NCBI GenBank assembly: GCA_000320545.1
Contig: ADNK01000544.1
Location: 1-64,000, forward strand
DNA length: 64,000 bases
Direction: 5' to 3'
From: Bigelowiella natans CCMP2755
Taxonomy: Eukaryota > Protista > Cercozoa
Part shown: one piece after another, positions 52,919 through 64,000 of the stretch
How the letters are laid out: each line of letters begins with the position of its first letter
Numbering within the stretch: the stretch's first letter is position 1
The notes under the pieces: generated by a model
What the model was told of the DNA's origin: nothing
The model's input: only the letters and a program-made list of their open reading frames with translations
Databases searched by the model: none
Program-made: the position numbers and the translations under genes

Positions 52919-54865
52919 GACACAAATAAGTATCTTTCGTCGTAACAACACATCAACCAAATTAATAAAATCAAAATTCGAGATATGAGTTATGGCTTCA
53001 TCCTGTTTCCTCTTTTTTGTTCTATCGTTAGCGATTTGATCTAACGGAGTACGAGGTGAGGTAGTAGCTTGTAGAGTGCGATTAGTCTTCAGACGATTCT
53101 CTTTGATGGTATTGATTGTGCGTATAATAGTATTGTGGCTGGTTGCTTGGTTTCCATCATCATCAATCAATCAATCAATAGGTCATTGAGCTCATCGATC
53201 AGATGCCGAGGATAGAGTCACAGTTGGATCAAGTATGATGATGATGAGGAGGAGGAGGAGGAGGAGGAGGAGAAGGAAATTAGAATCACTGTTTATTATT
53301 ATATCATATGAACACACAAGCAGTAGAAATGATGACAGTGGATACATACAAAAAGTTGATGATATCATTACTTACCACAGTAGACACTACCTCGTTGTTA
53401 TCGATGATGATCATACTGTTTTTCAAAGTATTATGCATCATCATTTTGTGTATTCTTCTCTAGATGTAGTTATCATTAGATGACAGTTAGTAGTTGACCA
53501 ATCAAAATCTCACTGCTGCTGCTGATGATGATGATGACGATGTTACTAATCATTCTTCCCCCCTCCCATATTGACCTCTCTCATGTCGTGCATGTATTTG
53601 CCCATGTTAAGATAATAACTCATTGCGGAGAAAGAATCAACTTTGAAGAACAGGTAGTAGTAGTAATAGTAGTAGTAGTAGAAGAAGAAGAAGAAGTAGA
53701 AGCAATTGTAGTATCATGGTAAGAATCTTGGTGCGGACGATGATGATGATGATTGTGATGTCAAATTTATTAAGCTTCGGTAGAAGAGAAGAAAAATATT
53801 ATGAATGGATTGTGATATATGCTTGTTTCCTGCCTCCTATGCTTTACTTAAACAATATAGCTAGTATAATGATGATTATGATGATGATGATGATGATGAT
53901 GATATTAGGGGGAATTACTCCGTTTGATAAAGGATATATTGGGGGCAGGTACTGTATTAACTTTTTGTGTGGTTGCTGGAGCAATGAGTTATTTGCTAGC
54001 ATACTCTGATGATTAACACACACACACACACACACGCACAGCATAAGATGATGCAGGGAAGTGGCGTGCAATTCTTCTTCTCACCGTCTGAGAGTTGTAG
54101 TTATAGAAATGACATGCTGTTCTTTTTCTTCTTCTTTTCTTCTTTTCTTCTTCCTCTCTTTTTTCATCTGTGTTATTATTATTATTATTATTATTATCAG
54201 TTGTGAAAGAAGCAGAAGAGAAAGATCCCCATTCGTTAAGTAACTATGCTCAAAGAGAGGTAGGCCACCCACTCTCTAAAGCAACATGGTACGATTCACT
54301 GTTACAGCTTGATTCTGATGGTATTATTTAGATATATCAAGTTGCATCACTGCACAATGGCAAACCCACTGGAGAATGGTCAAAATACTCGCAATATTGA
54401 AATCAAATTTTTCTCAAGAAATGAAGCTAGTGGATGATAGTGATGATGATCGATACAATTCGTCCTCCTCCTGCTATTGCTGCTGCCTTTTATAGACACT
54501 GCAAGGAGAAGTGAAAAAACAAATTACTGATAGTTTTTGATATAGTATTACTTTTACGGAGGAACATGAGGTGCTATGATGAGAATGTTATTAGAAATGT
54601 CAAATCATCTATACTTCAACTGCCGCTACTAAAACTAGCACAACAAATAGGCATGAGCTAAGTGAATGCAAACCTTTGAATCCCAATAAGACAAAATTCT
54701 ATATTCGCGTTGGTATTCAGTATAGGGTAATAATATAAACAACTTGACAATGATGATGATGATCATGATGATCATGATGATGATGATAATGCTTAAGTAT
54801 ACAACAAGCATACAGATTTTCGATTATTCTTGGAGAGACTACTGCATAAAGCATAGCATAGATTA

Positions 54866-54905
<40 letters not shown>

Positions 54906-55856
54906 CCTCTTATGTAAAAATATTATATCATCGTACGGACACCCTATCACCATCACCAATATCATCGGGGGTGCTACCACCATTATATCTTTTCATCGTC
55001 ATTTCCTTGTTCAGGCTCAGATTTTTATCACTTGCAAATAAAGTACAATCTGACGTCCCTGCGCAATATATTCGGGCAAAACCTACTCCAAAGCTGTGGA
55101 AGATGTACTACTACTTACGTGATGCAGTTAGTTGTCAATATCAACAGTTCTATACAGCACCATGATGCTACTGCAACTATTACTGCTGCTACTACTTATA
55201 TCTAAACACGAATATCATCATCATCATCATCTTTACCATCATCATCAGTATAACTGTTTAATTGTATATTATTTTGTGCAGGTATATACTGGAGGAATCA
55301 AGGAAAACTGCTCATCCATTTGACCCAGAAACACTGTTGTTTCCTAACACATATTTCCTCTTTCCCCCCCCTACCCCCCTACCAATATCCTTACTCTTCG
55401 CTAATATAATTTATGTTGATCATGGCTGCTAGGAAGCCGTACATCAACGACACCTTATGGAAAAACATGACAAAAGCGGTGAGAATCGTGTGTATCTGTG
55501 TCATTGTTATCATCAGCCTTATCATCATCATCATCATTATCATCATCATCAATATCCTTTTCATAATCACCGTCGCTATAACAACTAATAGAGGATATTT
55601 TGCACTCAAATCACAAGAAAAGCTGGGGTCCGCGCAGGTGTTGTGCATAGATAGACAACATTTCTGCTTAAATACATTACTAGATGGATTTGAAAAGAGG
55701 AGAGGAGATTGTGCAGAGTATTAGTAGTTGTAGGACCAACAGCATTTGTAGTATTAGTCTGTACGTTTGATTGTGCAAGCGTGTGAGGGAAAGAGAGAGA
55801 GAGAGAGAGAGGGAGATTGGTAGAAGCCTTCGCTAGGAGAGATAGGAAGTCGATCC

Positions 55857-55887
<31 letters not shown>

Positions 55888-58800
55888 AATGTCAATACAA
55901 ATGTATCAAATATAAACGTCATATCCCTGTTTCTCATTCCTCTCTCTCCCTCTCCCTTTCTTTCAAATTATTTGTGTTATCATCATCATGATCGTGCTTA
56001 TCATCGTCATCATCGGTCTAATGGACATCAACACGCTCCTCCTCGTGCTAATGAACCAAACAAATCAACAATGGATCATCATGCGTAGGATATTGGGAAT
56101 CAGACATGTACTGAAGTGAAGAGAACGATAACGATGATAATGATGATAATGATGACAATGATGATGATGATGCAGCTATACATAATAGCAGTTTCTTATT
56201 CATGTAGTATATCTCCAATAGTTCATTTTGTTGATGGCAAACGCAGGAAAGGTTCTGTTTTGCAATCAGACTTAAAAGCGGTAGTACTACTAGTAGTAGT
56301 AGTAACATTATCATCATCATCATCATCATCATCATCATTGTATAATTGTACATTGGAAGTGCTACTCACAGTGGTATAAGTGTCATAAGCGATGACGATG
56401 TCCTACATAATCACCACCACTAAAAACAACGTTCGGTGTTATTTATTATGATTAACAACAAATCGTCTATCGTGATCAGATACATGGAGAAACATGAAGC
56501 TTTGAGGAAATCCTTCGCTAACTATTTAGCACACGTATGTTAAGTATAGATATAGGGTTGGAAGAAGAAGAAGAAGAAGAAGAAGAAGAAGAAGAAGAAA
56601 GAGATCACATCAGGCGATTGCATTACCAACCTTCCATCGTTATTTTACGTACTAGTACCAGTAGTAGTAGCAGTAGTAGCAGTACATAGTAAGTGTAATC
56701 ATCATTGATTTCAGTGTGTCATCTTTTATGCTGTGTTTATCCTTAGTTCTTTGTACACGCACTTAATAATAGTAATAGCAATGCAACTGCTATGGAATCT
56801 CCTAGTACGAAGGCAAATTGTAAGCAGGAAGAAGGAAAAGCAGAACAAAACGATAATAATGATGATATCTTGAGGGAGAAGAAGGACAAAATGGCTTCGT
56901 ATAAGGCAGCAGCTACAAAGCTAGAAGATGTCAATCCATTCACAGTTCCAGTCCCGCCGCAGAAAATAGAAATATTTGATGATGATGATGATGATGATGA
57001 AGACGACGATGATGGAAAGGAGGAAAAGAAACCATCTAATCATGTAAGAGAAGCTATGAGAGTGTGAGCTTGTACGTATGTGTGGGGAGCAATACTATGA
57101 CTATCTAGTAGTAATAGTATATTGTAATATGAGCTTGCATATCGGTCAGCAGCTTCCTTATTGGAAAATCGTTGTTTATTGCTGGTAGTAGATATCTTCC
57201 TTGCATCATCATCAGCATCAGCATCACCACACACCTCCTCCTTCTTCTTCTTATTCTTCTTCTTCTTCTTCCTCGTTAATATGACAATGATGTGAGCCCC
57301 TCTTACTATTTGTTAATATTCTTATTTCAGGTCGTTGTAACACTTGGCCATCTTGAAAAGTGAGTCAGTGAGTGAGAAGAAGATGATGAAGAGTTGCGGG
57401 GTGGTAGTAGGGTAGTAGTATACCTTCTTCATTAGTAGTATATCTTGCTCACATTTGATTTGATTTCAGGAAGAATGAAAGGGAGAGCGACAACGCAATC
57501 CGATGAATATCACCGTGTAAGGCTGGAAGAATGAGTTTTGAATACTACCATAAATAAAAAAATAGTTGTAGCATAAGAATCAAATTCGAATTGGTGGATG
57601 ATGATGCAGATAGTAATACTTTTCAAGGTATCAGCCTGACGATGATTATTGTTCGTTTTACACACGCATATATGTTATGTATACATTCCTATTATTATAC
57701 TGATAGGTACACAGGCAAGTGGGAGCATAGAAAGAAGGTAATAGTAATGGCGTTATTGTTGATCATCACCATCATCATCATCATCATCATCATCATGATA
57801 AAACCCTCTTTCTAGTCTAATGTCTTCCTCTTTACACATTATTCTCCTCGTTGATGTGATCGTTCTCATCTTTTGGACGAACTGTAACAAATATATTATA
57901 ATATTGATAGTTATTATTATTATTATTATCATTATTGTTGTATTATTATGCGATCGCATACATTTGATGTGGGTGGTGTTGTTTGATACCCTATTATTAG
58001 GATAATGCGTTTTATGACTCAGGTTTGTTTGTGTCGTAGTAAGTAAAGCATGTATAGACTAAATCGATGCCGTGATAATGGTCACATGCGAAATTCCTCT
58101 TCTTCACCTTCTTCATATTCTTCTTCTTTCCCCCGTTCACTGAACATGGTGCTAGAGGATACGTACGAAAAGACATGCGACATATTTGAGAAGCAAGCTT
58201 CATATGAAGGTGACAGGAGAGCTTTATTGCAGCTAGTTAGCTCCTATGGTATTGTATACAAAGATAATATAGCGTATGATACTGATGATGATGATTTCTT
58301 TGTTGATGTTGTCGTTGTTGGTGGTGGTAGTAGTGGTGATGGTGGTGATGATAACGATGATGATGATGATGATGATGATGATGCTGACGAGAATACAACG
58401 ATAACGATATAATGACGAGCAGGGCTTACAACTCCGGATATGCTTGGCGGATATGACGAAAGGATTCTTCTTCGGAATGTGATTGAAACAAAAGAAAAAG
58501 AAGAGAGGAAGATGAAAATAGGAAGAGAAGAGTATCATAGTGATGACATGGACGAATGCATTGCTGTAATGTTTTGTTGATATAAGCTAAATAGTCATAG
58601 GTGTTGTTGTTGGTTCAACACGTTAGTTGCTGCTGCTGATGTCATCTTCATTTACACGTGCTGCCTTTAGGAAATGGGAAAGGGATACCAGCCGATTAGC
58701 TGCCGGTTGATGGACGAATAGAATATGATAAGATGATGATTATGATGATAAGATGATGAACAACAAATGGGAGGTGATGAATTGGTCATCTATCTCATTT

Positions 58801-58960
58801 ATTCTGGTGTGCCGTCGTTTATTGATAGAGACCTAGCGCGGCATGCACGTATGAGGAACCGATTCAATTTTGGGAAAGCACTTGGATTTGACCGAGGTTT
58901 GCTTTTGTTCAGCCATAGTCAGGATGGAATACTATATTTGCGGTTCCCCCCCTCCCCCCC

Positions 58961-59018
<58 letters not shown>

Positions 59019-59585
59019 CTCTCTCTCTCTCTTCCCTCTTTCTCTACAATGTTGAGAAATTGAGTACGAGTCAGCAGCTACCAGCAAGTGCTATTGAGAG
59101 TAGAAATATAATGAGTGACAAATATAATCTCGATCGTGCTACTCTGTACGTACCCACCGCTACCTAATTAGATCCTCAAATGCGGGTGATTGAGACGGGC
59201 TCTGACGATGAAGATTATCATGACGCTCGAGATACAGGTGATGCTACACCTCCCCCCCTCCCCCCTTGACAATAAAGTAGTATTGGGGTCTAGGCGTCCT
59301 CCTGCTCCCGTTACTATTTTTGTGCGAGCCTCCAACGTTTATAGACACATTATTATATTATTCATGCAGAACGATGGAGTCGCAGAGGGGAAAATTTCAC
59401 GCACAGGTTGTGATAGTCTTAATTCTTATGCAGAGATAATGACACTGTACCATGTACGCGATTTAGATGTTATTGTTGCAAATAATAGAAGTTAGTTCAT
59501 TTGCAGACTTCTTCCCATCCCTCACCTTAATTTATCAAAAGGTTCAATCGAATCGACCGGGGCGTGGATGGGAAGCCACAATTAG
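51410..59585 (+). CDS. Unidentified multi-exon protein (about 25 short exons); ends approximate
   Basis: Chain of short GT-AG-bounded coding segments between microsatellite introns (WRLLSKSPYPNGVCPK, VIELIDQMPRIESQLDQ, DTYEKTCDIFEKQASYE, DLARHARMRNRFNFGKALGFDR); hydrophobic N-terminal segment FLVVGSLLVIVGGIL. No family recognised. Confidence 0.6.
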
Positions 59586-59667
59586 GCTACTTAATGGATT
59601 AATTGCATGAGCGGGCAATCTAGCAATAATGATAATAGACGCCAGTTAGTATGACGTTGATTACATT

Positions 59668-60037
59668 AGCGCTGTAGCCGCTGCATTGCACGGCTACATG
59701 AGGATGATCATTAAACAGATTTAATTTAATTCATTACATTCGTCTTACATTACCCCGCTAGCAGATTCTTAGCACACATGCTTGCATTGGCTATTATTAT
59801 GACCCGGTGGAGTGCTGAATGTGTATAATGTTTCATCTTGCGCGGCGCGCACAGAGAAGCCGTCGCCACAACGCATCTGCATATTTATCTGCAGTACGTG
59901 TCTTAGTTGTGATTGCGATTCGTTTACTTTTACATTCACATGCATGTCAAAACAATTTTTGAGCGTCGTAGCCGCAGAGCTTTGCAAAGCTACATTAGGA
60001 TGACAATTGAAAATTTTTAATATATTCATCACATCCG
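59668..60037 (-). repeat. Two copies of the ~90-bp two-hairpin element (59668-59750, 59951-60037)
   Basis: Reverse complements match 9837-9930 (GATGT.ATGAA...TCATCCT.ATGTAGC...GCGGCTAC). Confidence 0.8.
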
Positions 60038-60287
60038 ATTTATGTATGTCAATTATCCAGCGCGACCTTATCGGTCGGTGCTAATATCTACAACTACAGA
60101 AGTAAGGCCGTTTGGGCCGAGCACTGAATATTTCAGATTAGATATCTACGATATATTTTATTGAACATTTTCATTCTTACTGGTGAGACAGAGCAATTAA
60201 CTTGCGAACATTTGGTCAGATGATTAAAGAGTGCAATTAATTAATTATGCCATTTGTGAAGCCAGAAGTTGCACTGTGTAACGAGTG

Positions 60288-63200
60288 TTATCTAAACGTT
60301 GCTGAAGATGAAAGTGAGGTATTTGTTCGATCATTTTGTGCATCACTGTCACGAAACCTTCTCATGCATAAAAGGTTAGTGAACCGCTTTTGAGCTGCTT
60401 CATGATCTCTTCCTACTTTCTCTAAGTCTCTCCGTAATTGATTTCCGGAATTCTGCTCTTTTTGCAACTTTTCTTCAAGATCACTGACATGGGTTTTCAA
60501 TTCTCTCGCCTTCTCTTCAGCTGCGATTAATTTTGACTCCATTTTAGCTCGGAATTCCTCATTTTCTGTGGCTTTCGTTCTTTCTGCGTGTAGTTGACTT
60601 TGCAGCATTGCTAAATCATTTTGTAGGGTAGCTATTCTCTGTTCTAAACCTTCTTCCTTCGAGTGCCTCCTTTTTAAGTTCTCCTCCACTTCAGATAGTT
60701 TTCTTTCAAGCGAGTACTTTTCTTCTTGCATTGATTCTAATCTTGATTCCCATTCTAAGCAAGTTTTTTTCAGATCCTTTATTTCGGCTTCCTGTCGATC
60801 GATCTCATTTGCTGCAAGACTTTTCTCTCTTAATGCATTGGTGAGATTCTCCACGTTGGCTTCCTTCTTTTGTAGTTGTTCTCTAGCGGTGGTGAGCTCT
60901 CTCACAGCCTTTGATGTTCGTAACTGTGCTTCCACAATAGCACTTTGAAGATGGCGTTTCTGTTCCCTTAGCTGTTGCAGTTCCTCTTCAACTACACGCA
61001 AGCGATGTTGGGCCTGTTGCAATTTTTGCGCCACATTTTTCAGTAAACTTTGAGACTCGTTGTACTTAGAGCTTATACTTGCCACAGCTGCTTGAGCTAC
61101 CGCGAGCTGAACAGCAGCTTCCTCTGACATTTTTCCTTCGTCGTAGTCGGCGGATTTATCACTTGTATGGAAGCCCTCGCTCAATAATTGCTCTTTTTGT
61201 CGCTTCAACTGTTCTAGTTCTTGTTCAAGTCTTGCTGCCCGTTCTTTGAAGATTGAAGTATCTTTGTGTGTCGAGTTTTGGCCCTTCTTTGGCATCGAAT
61301 TTAGATCTTTTTGCATCTCTGCAATCCTTAAATCTTTCTCCAAAAGTTCCTGCTTTAAGTTCTCCAGATACCTTACTTCCTCTTCGAACTTTGCATAGAG
61401 GTTGTCGTATCTTCTGTGTAGCGAATCAATTTGTTTTTGGGCTCGTTTCTTCTCAGCCTCACTTGCACGCTCAGTTGCCGCCTTAGCTCTGTTGACTTGA
61501 GCTTGAATACCCCTCTCTCGTGAAAGCATTTCTTTCCGAAGTCGTTCATTCTCTGCCTCTAAAGCTTCGATATCAGTTTCCAGTCTTTGTCTTTCTCGTG
61601 TAGATCTATCTTCGGCATTTTTAGCCATTTCTTGTGCCTCTTCTGCGCATTTGACATGGGCTTGTGCACGCCTTCTTAGTCCCGCCTCTCGCTTTCCTGA
61701 AGCTTCGAGGGAAGAATTAAGCTCTCGGCACTTTCTCTTCAGATCTGATATTTGCTGAGTGAATTCCCTCTTTTTGGATTCAAATACCTGGGCTGAAAGT
61801 TTTTTCCCCTTGAACATACGGTCTTTCATAACCCGAATTGATGATTTTTGGCGTTCATTTTCCAACTTGATGTGTTGGAGCTCCTCGCTACAGAGTTGGT
61901 ACGAGTGCTGAGAGTCCTCAAGATTAGTTTCAAGCTCCAGTATTCTCTCTTTCTGTTTACCAATAGAGGACTGAAGCTCTTTGGCATTTTGACTTACCTT
62001 GTGCAACATCCCTTGCAACCTATCTTTTGCACTAGCGCTGATTCTAAGCCATTTAGATAGATTTATCATGCTTTGAGATAATCCTTTCAGCCTTCTTTCG
62101 ACGGCAACCACTTTATTATCGATTCGGAGTTTAGTAGGTTCAAAGTGCGTTTCTAAAACACTTATTCCTTTCTGGAATTTCGAAATAGCATTTCTCTGCA
62201 TCTCCAACCTTTCTTGAATTTCAGCATCCCTTGCTTCGGCTTCTACGGTGTCTTTCAACATGACATTTTCTTCTTGGCTCTTTTTACTCTCCAATATTTG
62301 TACCTGTTTCAGCAGTTTTTTATTTGATGCGGCCATCACTTCAAGTTGCTCCGTTGCCGCTTGGTGTTCTTGTTGAACACGTTCAAGTTTTTCCTTCACC
62401 TTCTCCGTCCCATTGATGTCACTTTTCATTTGGAGTTTCATCAACGATGAAGCACGCCTCATTCGTTCAATTTCTCCAGATTTCGCCTAGTGTATGATCA
62501 TACATAGCATCATTAGAGTCATCTGTGCTTAAAGTTTTTAAAATTATTTGCGTGGAGTTTCTAAACGCATGTTGGAGCTTACTTTCAAAGCAGTTATCTG
62601 TGCCTCATATTGAGAGCTGGTGGTACTTATTTTCTCTGTAAGAGTGTCTATTTTTTCCATGAGCGACTTGTGTTCGTTCTTTAATTTCGTTACTTGTACA
62701 TCCACTTGCTTCTTAGCGAGGAGAACTGTCTCATACTTTTCGATATTGGCAGCTAGAGTCTTCGTCCTGTCTTCGAGTTGAACATTGATCTCATTTCGCG
62801 AATCTATGAGTTTTCCGTTTTCCGTTTCCAATTTAGAATTTGCATTTTGCAAATTCAGGATTTCAAGCCTCTGACTTTCCTGAGTTTCACCAAGATTTTC
62901 GTTCTGAGATTTGAGTTCAGAAATTTCCGCTTTTAACGCGGCCATGTTTTGTTCAAATTTCTCGCAATCTTGAAGATTAGTTTCCATGGAAATCTTAAGT
63001 TTGCGTTCCAACAGTTCTAGTTGCTTATGGGTCTCAGATTTTCCTTTACTGACAGCATCTTTGAGTTTCAACTCTTGCTTTGTTGCCACCAAATCTTTTG
63101 CAAGACGATTGCATTTCTCCTGTGCGATTTCGAATTTGTCGGTCTCTCTCTGCAATTGTGAAGCAAGAGAGTCTCTTGATGCTACGAGTTTCCCTATGGC

Positions 63201-64000
63201 ATCGACCTTTTCTTGAAATTCGGACTTCAAGCTCTTAAATTCTTCGCTCTTTTCAGATAGTCGTTCTTGGAGAGATTCCACTTCTCTGTCTGCAACCTCC
63301 GCATGAGTTTTGTAAGTTTGTGCCTTTGCAGAGTCGTCAACTCTCTGTTTTGCGATCGATTCTAGCTTGAGTTCCAAGGCCCCACATTTTTCTTTCTCGC
63401 AAACCAATGCCTCTCTCTCTAATTGTAAGGCTTTTTTGTACTCTTGATCTATTTTTTTCCTTTCTAAAAGTAATTGAGAATGTTTTTGAGAAGTTAATTT
63501 CTGCTCCATCCTTAAAGCTCTGACCAACTTACACGTTTGCTCCAAGCTATCGCTGAGAGTGTCGCCATCCTTAAATTGCTTCCCACAAAGGGATGTAACG
63601 TTCTCGGTAAATTTTTTTGTTTGGTTCATAAGTGCGCGCGTTTCAGCAGCAGAATCTTCAACCTGACATCTAAGGCTATCAATGGTCTCGTTGAGTGACG
63701 TGCGTTCGCTTTGAAGCTTCTCGAGTTTCAATTCAACTTGCTTGTTCGCTTCAACAATTTGCTCATACTTTTCAACCTTTGCAGCGAGGACATTTGACTT
63801 ATTTTCAAGCTTCGCTTTAAGAGTTTGGATTTCTTCTTTAAGTTTTTTTTCCACAGTCTTTAGATCTTCGTTTTCGGATTCTAGCCTAGTGTGCCTTTCC
63901 ATAATATCTTGGATGGCTAATTTTTGACGTTTATTCAGATAATCAACTTCTTGTCTTTGTGTCTTGAGAGTGGAAACCTTACTTTTTAATTCTGACATAC
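60288..64000 (-). CDS. Large coiled-coil protein, probably 5'-truncated by the window; intron ~62487-62582
   Basis: Two long E/K/L/Q-rich heptad ORFs (484 and 724 aa) joinable by a GTAAG...CTAG intron; no catalytic motif seen. Confidence 0.85.

Noticed and set aside
1-64000. tRNA (including tRNA-Sec), rRNA or snRNA genes
   Set aside because: No cloverleaf, A/B-box or rRNA signature recognised; a tRNAscan-SE/Infernal run is needed to exclude them.

Overview
Eukaryotic nuclear DNA with GT-AG introns, many of them filled with microsatellites. It probably comes from a flagellated alga with a complex plastid, possibly a chlorarachniophyte; this is inferred from several signal+transit-like leaders and ciliary genes. 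In order: the 3' half of an intact Ty3/gypsy LTR retrotransposon (RNase H, integrase, PPT, 326-bp 3' LTR), then genes for an archaeal/plant-type D-aminoacyl-tRNA deacylase (DTD2/GEK1), legumain, a DRS1/DDX27-like DEAD-box helicase, IQUB, a SHIPPO/STPG2-like protein, an FBF1-like protein, an Ariadne-type RBR E3 ligase, a multi-selenocysteine protein, a small leader-bearing protein, an unidentified multi-exon protein and a large coiled-coil protein. Main discovery: the minus-strand gene at ~45.6-49.3 kb, which the ORF track splits into pieces. It appears to encode a membrane-bound fusion of two bacterial-type domains with at least two in-frame UGA codons in redox motifs (A-D-U-G-S-C across an intron, and C-terminal C-A-T-U-H-stop), possibly a third near the N-terminus. 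Its 3' UTR holds two tandem SECIS-like hairpins with enlarged apical arms. Second: the gypsy integrase has a short D(27)E spacing and a C-terminal domain resembling the Dam-like methyltransferase of DIRS elements. Exon structures and family calls were made by eye, without database searches.
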